Assembly: GCA_036172245.1 (NCBI GenBank)
Contig: JAYWIR010000166.1
Location: forward strand, 1 to 49,517
Origin: Raillietiella orientalis
Taxonomy: Eukaryota
Direction of reading: 5' to 3'
Length of the DNA stretch: 49,517 nt
The notes beneath the pieces are model-generated. The model did no database searches, was not told the origin of the DNA, and was given only the letters and a program-made list of their open reading frames with translations. Of the stretch, positions 35,450-47,349 are shown piece after piece; position 1 is the stretch's first letter; each line of letters starts with the position of its first letter. A program made the translations under genes and the position numbers.

Positions 35450-37250
35450 TGATCATCGGTAGGTAGGGATAAATGAGGATAAATCGTTGACAATAGCGAA
35501 AAAGTCGCAACAGTTATGTATCAGAAAAGCAGTTTCGCATTCAAATCTCGAGAAAAGCATCGCTCCTCTTAGGAAAGGCATGTCGCTTTCGGAAAAGCAG
35601 GCTGGGCAGCTAGGATTGCGCGCTGCTTTAGTGCAAATAAACAGGGAGAAGAGATGGAGCATTTGAACATTATTGAGAAACAAATACTCAATGTCAAGAG
35701 AACAAGCTTAGTAAATGTTCTCAATAAAAAAATTAAGAGCAGTTTATAGTGATTATATCGATTGAAGATCCAGGAATCACAAAATATTCTGACCAGGTGC
35801 ATCTTCGTCATCCTGGTAGCTCCTCAGTTCTCCTTAGATTGTTCCCTGATGGACAGCGAACTTCGAACGCAGCAACAGCACGTTAGGAAAGCAAGGAATG
35901 TTAAAGGTAAATGGAATGGATAAACACCGATTTGGTCGTCTTCGATTGCAGCAAGTTGTGCTAAAAGCTCACCTCTTTTGTAACCTTCGAGAAATACTGG
36001 CGCCAGCTGGATGGATACCATAAAAGGGAAAATCCTCAGTCAGGTTTGCAGATGCCAAACAAAGTTCCAAGAAATATTTGATCAGTCTTGAAGAGAACTT
36101 GGTACAATATTTCTCGTTGCATATATCGGCAGCTCTCAGACGACAGCTTTAATGGAAACCCAAGATCAGTGTAGGCTGTCCATAGAGCAAAGGTGCTCAA
36201 GGATCTCATGCATTTCCTCACGGAAAGCAGAAACAATATGCATGCTTTATTGCAGCCTTAGTGCATATGGAAAATAATTAAATTTTCACGATGTCACAAG
36301 ACTGAATCCAGGGAATAAAGTACTCAATAAAAAAAAAAATCTGTGCGGTTTTGTGATCCAATTATTCCTGGACATGCACTTCCTAGCGGAGGAGATCGAT
36401 ATTATGTCCACTGACTCCACTTATGAATCTTAGTGTGCCTGACGCGGTTGTTCGTCAGTTCGCCAAAGTCTACTTGAATAAGCCCATTCCGGAAAAAGTG
36501 AGAGAGCTGTCAGGTGCAGAAATAGTCTCTTCATATCTCAGCGGGAACCTCGCTTCTGCACAGCATCACCTAGAATTGAATGTCGCATACATGTGGTTCT
36601 GTGCCCAGCTAGCCTTGAATAGATTTGGCATTCAGTGGAACTATCCCCACAGAGCAGTGACGATCACTCTTTTCTATCGAACTCTTGGCGAGGGTGATCA
36701 GAATGTTGTGGTACGCACCATACTTAGGGTTGCGCTCTACCATAGACGCGCGAGTTTACTTGCGAAGCCTGAACAAAACTTCATGAACGATTGCTTGGCG
36801 CTATACTCTGCGTCCTTGTGTATCCTGGGAAGCAATGAGCTATTTCGTGTCAGTTACTGGTGCTTCGTGACTGGTGCAGTTTCGGACTGCACCACTTAAA
36901 ACTGACCGGCAATATTAAGCTTTTAGGCTTTAGAGAAACATGCCAACATTGTCCGTATCCGAAGGATACATTAGTCATGTAGTTCGCCGCTGCAAGCGGC
37001 ATCTGAGCATCAGAAGATTAGACGGACACAATGAGGCGTTAGGCATCCATTTGTATTAAATAGCCAAGGCTGACAATCCACCGTTCCGATTCGAAAATCA
37101 ACAGTGCCCTATAACCAGAGCTGGCGGCTTGCGGAGTACCGCTTGTCCTCTTTATTGATGTGACGATCTCATATGAAAACAGCAAGGAGTCACTCGATGG
37201 AACAGTAGGATCAGCGAATGTAAATGCATAAGGCGCGATTACGAGGCATA
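35450..37250 (+). mobile_element. Decayed NeSL/Utopia-like non-LTR retrotransposon: RT C-terminal region, CCHC knuckle and restriction-like endonuclease
   Basis: PDAVVRQFA...IVSSYLSGNL...MW. LLAKPEQ...FRVSYWCFVTGA (cf. Utopia KPDQG...TRFADWRFIHRARLN). ETCQHCPYPKDT..SHVVRRCKRH...HN (cf. CRKCGY..ETLPHVL..C...RHN). LFIDVTISYENS (cf. LVDVTVSFENR). Comparisons are from recalled family motifs. Confidence 0.75.
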
Positions 37251-37279
37251 GGGCACAACGGCACTCCAATAACGATTAG

Positions 37280-40068
37280 ACCTTGAAGTCCAAAGAAGTA
37301 AACAAGTATCCTCTCAGAAAACTCGAGACCTACGCTCCTCAGGCTCGAATCTTCAGTATTCAAGAAGCAGTAGTTAGTGTTTTTAGGAGTAAAGTAGCAA
37401 CTTGCTGTCCACTAAATCAGGATGGAGCACTATTTCTAAACGTGAAACAGTCAGAAGTTTGCCAAACCAAAGAATTCGCCTCGCCAGAGGACGCGAAGCG
37501 GAAGCACTCACCAAATTACAAGTCTAACAGGTACTAAAATGTTTCATTTTTGTGAGATGATGCAGGTAACCTTTCATCTCGACGATTGCCGACTGCACTC
37601 TTGTTCTGGAGACAAACTGCGCAGTGCCTTAGGGTGCGGCGGCTTTGATCGGAAACATTGCCCGTCCTGCATCATCACTTCCAAAGGCCATGGCAACAGA
37701 TATCCTAAAAAGTGGTGATTGTGAAGGTGAATTCTCTTAAATGCATCTAAGAATTAAACAGTTGCCAGCCGCCAGCTTGAAAGCAACGTTGAGAAGCAGA
37801 AAACCCACGGATGGACTTCCATTAGAAAGTCAATTTGCCTTAAAAATGAAACAAAGCCTTGCATCCTGTAACCCGAACTCGGCAGCAATGAGAGCAGGCC
37901 TTTGCTGACGGCGCAACTCGGCTGAAGGATGCAAGCAAACACAGACGACAAACAAGTGCACGACTAAGAACAAAGTTGCAGCAGATCGATTCGCGCGTAC
38001 ACAAGATGCCTAAGCCTACGCAGAGATGCCTATTCCTTGATGCGAATTCTGGACCTCGCAGTTCTACGGAGAGCTCTCCTCAGCAGGCAATCAGCCCGTT
38101 GCTTCGCCTCCTAGGAAAGTTTGAACACCAAAAAAAGAAGGGGAGGAGGAGAATTGCAAAGGTGTTCCAAAAAAAAGCCGTACGAGCCAGGCCAACCAGT
38201 CATGAAAGAAGGGTTCAAAGTCCAACTCTTCTTATTGTAGGCAGTCCGACCATGCTTCTGCTTCACCGAAGACTCCAAACGCAACGCCAAGGTATTTGAA
38301 TTAGCTACCCGAGAGGTTCCCAGTTCAATGCAGTGGAACAACCGCTCTCACGGCAAACCCTCCAAGATGACCACGCTGTTGCTGCTGTTCATACTCAGGA
38401 GGGATGTTGAAATCTCCCGTTCACTTATAAAATGCATGCAGGCAAGCTTCCACCAAATATTCGCTAATCGGAACTTCTAAGAAGCATGTCCTTCCACCGC
38501 GCATGTCGGGATGGTTTAGTGAGAATATGTTTGCCAATACGAGATGGATTTATTTGGTTTACTTGGTTGCAAACTCTTCCACTGAACCCTAGTCGTCGAA
38601 ATCAACGACTGGTTTCTTGCCTTACATGATTGGCTGCAGTGAGAAGGAAATGCACAAATGAGCTAAGAGACGACTCTGATGCTATTTGTTCATAGGGATC
38701 GATCCATTTTACTGGAATTCTTTCGCAGAGCAGCAGGTTCAATAAGCAAAAGAAGGCAACTGTGCCCCGACTGTTGTCGCCGTCAAGAAGTCCGTCGAAA
38801 TCCCATAAACCACACATATTTGACAGCAATATTCGAGCGCACGGATTACTGCTTGCATGTCAATGCTGCTGCTTCTGGTCAAGCTAGCATTTACCCACTG
38901 GAATATCAGTGCGCAATCCAGCAGCTTCTTGGCGATCACAATCGGGTTACAGTATTATTTTCCGGCTTAAGAGAGCCGCTCATTTTTCCTTCGCCTACAA
39001 CGACTTGAGTGATAAATTCATTGCTCATTTTTTTCTAACTGTAAAAATGTACCGTTAAAGATAGGTTTGATTGTGGCAGGCATTCTGCTTATTCCATGAG
39101 ATTCCTTTCGTTCCACATGCTATCTCTTTTCTAGTTTTGCGCTGAGAATTTTGAGCACCAATCTTTCTGAACAGCGAAACTCGATGTGTATTTTCAATCT
39201 GCAGACATGACAAATAATTTCCAAGCACCATCTTATCATTTGACAGCTTTCATTGCAATGATTTCCTAGTCTGGGCTTACTCAAGAAACGGAATGGTCTT
39301 GGAATTGCCTCATTTGGATAGGATGACAACGCTAAATCCAATCCTGTAATGTAGAACGCTATTAGCGCCAGACGCTAAAGATTTCCAAGCATTTGGGCAA
39401 CTTGTTGGTCCCGGTGTAGTACCCGGAGACCGCCTTAGAATTTTTGAGCAGCTGGAGATGCACCTACATGTCCATCCACGGCCGTATGCCCTGCAGGTGC
39501 ACCACCTGTTATCGGTATAACCCATTCTAACGCGGGAGCCAAGTAGCAGCTGGAACTTTGGTCATGGACCAGGTAGAGTAGCGTAAACATTCAACATTCC
39601 TGATCAGCTCGACGCTGTTCCTGTTGAAGGAATAAACGTCAACCTTGTATTTACAAACACTCGTATCAAGTTCTACAGTGGCGGAAGAAATGATAAAAAC
39701 GAATTCGGCACTTGGAATGGCGGAACGTCCGTCTATACTGGGCACAATAGTCGAGTGGGAATTTGTGCACCCGAACTCGAGTTCAGGTACGTAAGGGATT
39801 CCAGCGCGTAAAACAGGGGATTCCTATGAAACATATGGAATGCTTGGGATTACTCACCTGGTTATTTGCATTTCTGCGTTCGTGCTTATGAGACGTGCCA
39901 TATATTTGGAATATAGTTTTTAGGGGAAGAAACGTTTGCGATGTGGTGGTGCGTTAAGAGAGAAAGTATTGCGACAGCCTGAGATCTGTGCTGTCTAGTA
40001 TCCACGTTGAACTGGTGGAGAGGGAGCGTAGATAAATTCCTTCGCTCCTGCTCCCAGTTTGACGAGGT
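37280..40068 (+). mobile_element. Ancient plus-strand Tx1-like fossil, copy 2 (ORF1 remnants, APE, RT)
   Basis: LLFWRQTAQCLR and RKHCPSC..SKGH resemble the E3 ORF1 knuckle region. 38830-40068 is collinear with 32190-33420. The ORF1 portion is weakly supported. Confidence 0.55.
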
Positions 40069-41206
40069 TATATAAGTTGATATCTCGTAATATTTAGAAT
40101 TACGAATTTAAAAATGAAATTACATCAAGTCCCTGAAACTATTTCGGAAAGAACACGTAATTCTAACTGTCTTCTAACACGTGTTTCTGCGGACTTGTAG
40201 GTCGGTGTTGTTCTGGTAGCTGGAACAAGGTTTAAGAGAACCGCAAGAAATCTAACAGTGAAAAATTAGAAGCAGGAGCCAATATTCTCTAAGAAAGGAA
40301 AGGAACAGAGCATTAAATGCTTCAATAAATACTCTATATCGAGTTTTGAATAGGTATGAGTACAGATCTGAAAGTTTGCATTTGTTGACATATGCAAGCC
40401 TTCACCATGAATACGGCTGCCGGAGAATGGCGAATCTTATGCTATGTCGTATGCACCATGCTGCTAACCAATGCAGGTTTGCAAGTATCCATTAGAGGAT
40501 TGCTAAACTGGAAGCTGGTTGCAAAACGAGCGGCATTAGGAGGAAAAGGAAGTTGTCATTTGGGTTGCAAAAGCGAATGCTGAAACAAGACTACAGTTAG
40601 CTGCACATTGGTAGAGAGCGAAAAATTAAATTAGCATGAGAAAGCGGTTTCTCTTATTCACGGAGTATGTTGAACTAAAAATCAAACATCCTAATGTCAC
40701 AGGTGTGAACATGCTCTTTAATGAAGACCCCAATGCAGCGTCAGCAACGCTGTCTCCCATCAATCCAAGAGATGGATGAAACAGCACAAATGTTCTAGGA
40801 GGATATTCACAGCCTCCGAAGGAATGTGGAAAATCTTTATAGAGTGCAAGTTTGAAGAGGGCAATTCAAAGGAAGTTGTGTTCTCAACTATCACCTTCTG
40901 AACTAGATTTTGCAACCGTTACGGAAACCACTATTAAATAAGTAACCAAAAAAAAAAGCCATCAGAAATCAAAAAGCCGATGGCATTTACAGCAGCGGAC
41001 GGGTTCAAAACTGTTGCATAGCAACCAATAATTTCGAACAGATAGCATAATGGATATAAAAAAAATTTCCAAGATTTAATTCTTCCATTCAGTCATACTG
41101 CAAAACGTCATACAGAAAATTCCAGACATACTCCTCAAAAAAGGTATTCCACTAAATATAAGAATAATATGAACCTAGACATTCAAAAATTTTAGGATTT
41201 CCAAAG

Positions 41207-41587
41207 ATGACAATACGATTTAGAGAGCTGCCAATAAAGGAACAGCAACAGATAGAGTATCAGAGAGAAAAAACATATCTAATGATTTATAGGACACCAT
41301 TATACGAAAGGTATAACAGCAACGAATATTGGAATTACGTCAGCACAGCACAGGGGAATGACGATGTAGATGCTATACCGTTTCTACATAAGGATTTGAA
41401 ACGTAGACTTCGACAGCATGGAATTTCGAAAATCAGTGACCTGTATCACTTTATGCGAAGATATGGCTACAAAGCGAAACTGTCTGCAAACATGCTGAGC
41501 TACCTATTGAGAGATCAGCGACGCACAACCACGATGCGATTGCTCTTTCTCGTATTCACATTCTACAACTGGATAAGAAACAAATAA
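41207..41587 (+). CDS. 126-aa BAF-like protein, paralog 3
   Basis: Intact ORF with the same length and ends as paralog 2; 29 amino-acid differences and no indels. Confidence 0.8.
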   Translation: MTIRFRELPIKEQQQIEYQREKTYLMIYRTPLYERYNSNEYWNYVSTAQGNDDVDAIPFLHKDLKRRLRQHGISKISDLYHFMRRYGYKAKLSANMLSYLLRDQRRTTTMRLLFLVFTFYNWIRNK

Positions 41588-41870
41588 CACAAAGGAAATA
41601 AAAAAAGAACCAAGTAAGAAAAGCTAAATAGGGACCTTACATTTAAAAAAAAAAGGGAACAAAAATCGTGGTTATCTAAGATCTATATATCAATTCTCAG
41701 TAAACATCTTAATGGACCTTCCATCACATATTTCGTGTGAAAGCAGAAATCAGCAGAACATTGATCCCAAATGGAAATGCAGCTCCTCTCGTTATGTTCC
41801 AAACTTGCTAGCACAAAAAATTTAATCGAATTATGAACACAACACTTTTCGCTAAATACGAAAAAAAAAA

Positions 41871-44800
41871 AGTTGCAGCAGATCGATTCGCGCGTACACA
41901 GAATGCCTATGCCTACGCGAAGGTGCCTATTCGTTGATGCGGATTCTGGACCTCGCAGTTCTACGAAAAGCGCTGTTCAGCCGGGAATCAGCCCGTTGCT
42001 TCGTCTCCTAGGAAAGTTTAAACACCAAAAAAAGAAGAGGAGGAGGAGAACTTTAAAGGTGTTCCAAAAAAAAGTTCGTTCGAGCCAGGCCAACCAGTCA
42101 TGAAAGAAGGGTACAAAGGCCAACTCTTCGTATTGTACTCAGTCCGACCATGCTTCTGCTGCACCAAAGACTGTTGACGCAACGCTAAGGTATTTGAATT
42201 AGCTACCCGAGAGGTTCCCAGTTCAATGCAGTGGAACAACCGCTCTCACGGCAAACCCTCCAAGATGACCACGCTGTTGCTGCTGTTCATACTCTGGAGG
42301 GATGTTGAAATCTCCTGTTCACTTATAAGGTGCATGCAGGCCAGCTTCCACCAAATATTCGCTAATCGGAACTTCTAAGAAGCATGTCCTCCCACCGCGC
42401 ATGTCGGGATGGTTTAGTGAGAATATGTTTGCCAATACGAGATGGATTTATTTGGTTTACTTGGTTGCAAACTCTTCCACTGAACCCTAGTCGTCGAAAT
42501 CAACGACTGGTTTCTTGCCTTACATGATTGGCTGCAGTGAGAAGGAAATGCACAAATGAGCTAAGGGACGACTCTGATGCTATTTGTTCATAGGGATCGA
42601 TCCATTTTACTGGAATTCTTTCGCAGAGCAGCAGGTTCAATAAGCAAAAGGAGGCAACTGTGCTCCGACTGTTGTCGCCGTCAATGAGTCCGTCGAAATC
42701 CCATAACCCAGATATATTTGACAAAATTATTCGGGCGCAAGGATTACCGCGTGAATGTAAATGCTGCTGCTTTTAGTTTAGCTAGCATTTACGCACTAGA
42801 ATATCAGTGAGCAATCCAGCAGATTCTCGGAGATCACAATAGGGTTAAAGTATTATTTTCGGGCTTCAAAGAGTAGCTCATTTTTTCTTCTACAAAAGGA
42901 CTTGAGTGATAACATCAATGCTCATTTCTTTCCCCCTGTAGAAATCTAAACATAAAGAAAGGTTTGGTTGTGGTGGCCATTTTGCTTATTCCATGAGATT
43001 CCTTTCGTTCTAAGTGCTATCTTTGTTCTAGATTTGCGCTAGAAATTTTGTGCAGCGATCTTTCTGAACAGAGAAACATGATGTGTATTGTCAATCTGCA
43101 GCCATCACAAATAATTTCACCGTCTTATCATTTGTCAGAGTTCATTGCAATGGCTTCGTAATCTAGGGTTACCCAAGAAGCAAGTTGGTCATTGGAGTTG
43201 CCCTATTTGGATAGGATGACAACGCTAAATCTCATCCTGTAGCGTAGAACGCTATCAGGGCCAGAGACTGAAGATTTTCAAGCATTTGGGCAACATGTTG
43301 GTCCTGGTGTAGTACCCGGAGACCGTCTTAGAATTTTTGAGCAGCTGGAGATGCACCTACATGTCCATCCACGGTCGTATGCCTTGCAGGTGCACCAGCA
43401 GCCATCGGTATAACCATTCTGACGCGGGAGCCAAGTAGCAGCTCGAACATTGGTCAAGAACCAGGTAGAGTAGCGTAAACATTCAACATTGCGGATCAGT
43501 AAGACGCTGTTCCTGTTGGAGGAATGAACGTCAACCTTCTATTTGCAAACACTCGTATCAAGTTCGAGAGTGGAGGAACAAATGATAAAAACGAATTCGG
43601 CACTTGGAATGGCGGAACGTCCGTCTATACTGTGCACAATGGTCGAGTGGGAATTTGTGCACCCGAACTCGAGTTGAGGTACGTAAGGGATTCCAGCGCG
43701 TCGAACAGGGGATTCCTATGAAACATGTGGAATACTTGGGATTACTGACCAGGTTATTTGCATTTCTGCGTTCGTGATTATGAAACGTGCCATATATTTG
43801 GAATATAGATTTTGGGGAAAGAAACGTTTGCGGTGTCGTGGTGCGTTCAGAGATACGGTAATGCGACAGCCTGAGATCTGTGCAGTTTAGTATCCACTTT
43901 AAACTGGTAAAGAGGGAGCGTATATAAATTCCGTCGTTCGTGCTGCTAGTTTGACAAGGTTATATAAGTTGATATCTCGAGATATTTATTGTTACTAATT
44001 TAGAAATAAAATTAAATGAAGTCTATGAAACTTTTTTGGAAAGAACACGTGGTTCTAACTGTCTTCTAACACTTGTTTTTGCAGACTGGTCAGTCGGTGT
44101 TGTCCTGGTAGCTGGATCAAGGGTTAAGAGAACCGAAAGTAATCTTACAGTAAAAAAGAAGGAGTAGGAGCCAATATTCTCTAAGGAAGGAAAGAAACAG
44201 AGCACTGAATGCTTCGATAAATACTCTATATCGAGTTTTGAATAGGAATGAGTAGAGATCTGAAAGTTTGCATTTGTTGACATATGCAAGCCTTCACCAT
44301 GAATACGGCTGCCGGAGAATGGCGAATCTTATGCTATGTCGTATGCACCATGCTGCTAACCAATGCAGGTTTGCAAGTATCCATTAGAGGATTGCTAAAC
44401 TGGAAGCTGGCTGCAAAACGAGTGGCATTAGGAGGAAAAGGAAGTTGTCATTTGGGTTGCAAAAGCGAATGCTGAAACAAGACGACAGTTAGCTGCACAT
44501 TAGTAGAGAGCGAAAAATTAAATTAGCATCTGAAAGCGGTTTCTCTTATTCACGGAGTATGTTGAACTAAAAATCAAACATCCTAATGTCACAGGTGTGA
44601 ACATGCTCTTTAATGAAGACCCCAATGCAGCGTCAGCAACGCTGTCTCCCATCAATCCAAGAGATGGATGAAACAACACAAATGTTCTAGGAGGATATTC
44701 ACAGCCTCCGAAGGAATGTGGAAAATCTTTATAGAGTGCAAGTTCGAAGAGGGCAATTCAAAGGAAGTTGTGTTCTCAACTATCACCTTCTGAACTACAT

Positions 44801-45790
44801 TTTGCAATCGTTACGGAAACACTATTAAATAAGTAACCTTAAAAAAAAGGCATCAGAAATCAAAAAAACCGATGGCATTTACAGCAGCGGACGGGTTCAA
44901 AACTGTTGCATAGCAACAATAATTTCGAACACATAGCATCATAAGTATAAAAAAAATTTCCAAGATTTAGTTTCCCGGTTCACTCCAACTACTAAACGTC
45001 ATAAAGAAAATTCCAGCCATACCCCTCAAAAAAGGTATTCCACTAAATATAAGGATAATAGGAACCTAGACATTAAGAAATTCTAAGATCTCCAAACATG
45101 GCAATACGATTTAGAGAGCTGTCAATTGCTGAACAGCAAGATATAGAGCATCAGAGAGAAAAAACGTACCTAATGATTTATAGGACACCATTATACGAAA
45201 GGTATAACAGCAACGGATATTGGAATTACGTCATCACAGCACAGAGGAATGACGATGTAGATAACATACCATTTCTACAAGAGGATTTAAAACATAGACT
45301 CCGACAGCTTGGAATTTCGAGAATCAGTGACCTGTATTGCATTATCAGAAGATATTCCTACAGACCGAGACTGTCTACAAACATGCTTAGCTACCTACTG
45401 AGAGATGAGAGACCCACAACCAAAATGCAAGTGCTCTTTCTCGTATTCACATTCTACAACTGGTTTAGAAACACGTAAAATAAAGGAAATAAAAAAAGAA
45501 CCAAGTAAGAAAAGCTTAATAGTGACCTAACATTGAAAAAAGAAAAGGGAATTAAAATCGTACTTATGTAAGGTTCATATATCAGTTCTTAGTATACATC
45601 TCAAACGAGCTACAATCACAGATTTCGTTTGAAAGCAGGAATCAGCAGAACATTGATCCCATATAGAAATGCAGCTCCTCTCGGGATCTTGCAAACTTGC
45701 TAACAGGAAAAATTTTATCTAATAATAAAAACAACACTTTCCGGTAAATACAAAGACTTCATACAGGTGAAGATTAATATGTTATGTTAT
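41871..45790 (+). repeat. Segmental duplication unit (Tx1 fossils + BAF-like gene); paralogous to 37974-41860 and 32190-35240
   Basis: 41871-42730 matches 37974-38830. 42865-45515 is almost identical to 32325-34976 (offset 10540). Confidence 0.92.
45098..45478 (+). CDS. 126-aa BAF-like protein, paralog 4 (identical to paralog 2)
   Basis: Same translation as 34559-34939. Confidence 0.8.
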   Translation: MAIRFRELSIAEQQDIEHQREKTYLMIYRTPLYERYNSNGYWNYVITAQRNDDVDNIPFLQEDLKHRLRQLGISRISDLYCIIRRYSYRPRLSTNMLSYLLRDERPTTKMQVLFLVFTFYNWFRNT

Positions 45791-45885
45791 GTTATGACAT
45801 TTTACGTAAGGTTGTGTTAGGTTTGGTTAAGTTAGGTTAGGTTTGGCTAGGTTAGGTGGGTGGAATGTTAAGTTGGTTACGTTTG
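45776..45885 (+). repeat. Degenerate (TTATG/TTAGG)n tract
   Basis: GTTATGTTATGTTATG...GTTAGGTTTGGTTAAGTTAGGTTAGG; paralogous to the start of 35236-35445. Confidence 0.8.
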
Positions 45886-46039
45886 TGTAAATTAGGACAT
45901 ACGGTTGTAGGCCGTCCTGGTGTTCGCAGTTGTTTTTGTCGAGCTCGTGAAAGCGAAGCTAAGAGGTAGTTAGTGTGTTTGAAAGTGGCCGTTTGAAGGG
46001 AGAAATGCCGTAAGACGCCGCAAAACTTAGACGGTTTAC

Positions 46040-47100
46040 GTGAGACCAACGTCTTTCCATCCCGTGAGTGAGGCTGCATGCGCCATCTCCAAATCGTCTC
46101 CCATCGCTCAGGCGAGAGCTTGAAAGTAGGTTGCTGCGTCGGCGTCTCCCGACGTTGCCACCGAAGTCTCAGCCTACATCAAGGAGGGCTACATTCCACT
46201 CTTGCTGTATAAGGCAGGCAACTTTTGTTCTACTGTCAGAACTCGCTAATCCGAAAATGCCATTCGGAAGATGGGCTTTTCCGACGAGGGGATTACGTGC
46301 CTTTCGGTGCGCAGTGGAGGGCTGCTTGCGGTGCTACTCTGCAGAGATGCAGGGCTCACGCGTAACGTGCTCTGCTCGCCCGTGCCTTTCGAGGGACGTT
46401 ATCTCATCCCTCACATGGTGGATCACTCAATTGCGATCCACCAAACTGGTACAACTGTGCGACGGACGGAGAGTACATCCGCAAAGAACCGAACAAATAC
46501 ACGGAGATTTACGCGATGTGGCGTAAATCCAACGCCATCAGTTTATGAGGCGCATTTATTGGGCGCATATCCGCACAAGTAACTTTCCACGACAAGATCG
46601 ATCTTCCCCACAAACTGGAAGTCAAGGGTGAGCTCGTTGATATCGGGATCGTTGGGAAAGAAAAATATCGCGGGCAATGCATGACCTTCGGGCATTTACG
46701 GAACAGATGTCCGAATGTAACGTGTCCATCATGCAACGAAAAGGGCCACACTAGCGTTGTGTGTTCTAAGAACGTCGCTACACCTCCAGAAAAACCAAAA
46801 AAAAAAATGCAGGTGAAGGCGAAAGAAAACAATAAAAATGAACAAGCAGTGTACCAACTAGCAACTAACAGGGCAGTCGTACATCATAGCACGAAATCGC
46901 AAGAAGCGAATCTTGCACAGGGAATCGCCGAGGATGGCTGGAAGCTGGTGTCAACCAAAATCATTTCCCCCAAAAATAAAACAAAGAAAAACGCAAAAAT
47001 TCGGCATACATCCGCAAAACCGAAGGTAAAATCTTCGCCGCACGATGCTACGAAGGAATGCCGCGTAAAAATCGCATGACACTTGTATATCCCAAAGCAT
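46040..47100 (+). mobile_element. Decayed Tx1-like ORF1 between two TTAGG tracts
   Basis: SAYIKEGYIPLLLYKAGNF; DLPHKLEVKGELVDIG; QCMTFGHLRNRCPNVTCPSCNEKGHTSVVC; KECRVKI (cf. KECSVVV). Confidence 0.8.
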
Positions 47101-47349
47101 TTCCTTATGAAAAGAAAAATACAACGAATTGTCCAGTGGCGAACACGAATGTCCGCCACACCAAAACAGCATGCAGGGTGCGAGCGCTATGCCAGCGAGG
47201 TCCTTCCAAAACGCGGGGATTTGCAAAGAAAAACAAAAACAAGCAAAATGTTCAAATATGAATGGCAACAAATGTATCAAGGGTGGTAGGGTGGGTAAGG
47301 GATCACTGTGCGCCTGGAGAGGCTTTCTAGGTCCTATTCAGGATCCCTA

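Noticed and set aside
39310..39745. Cys-rich minus-strand ORFs as a secreted or toxin-like peptide
   Set aside because: They are antisense to the plus-strand Tx1 RT fossil, and stops differ between the duplicated copies.
41670..41705. CTAAGATC...TATCAATTCT as a U2 snRNA remnant (Utopia target)
   Set aside because: Only a few bases match, the motif is not conserved in the paralogous positions, and it is not adjacent to the RLE element.
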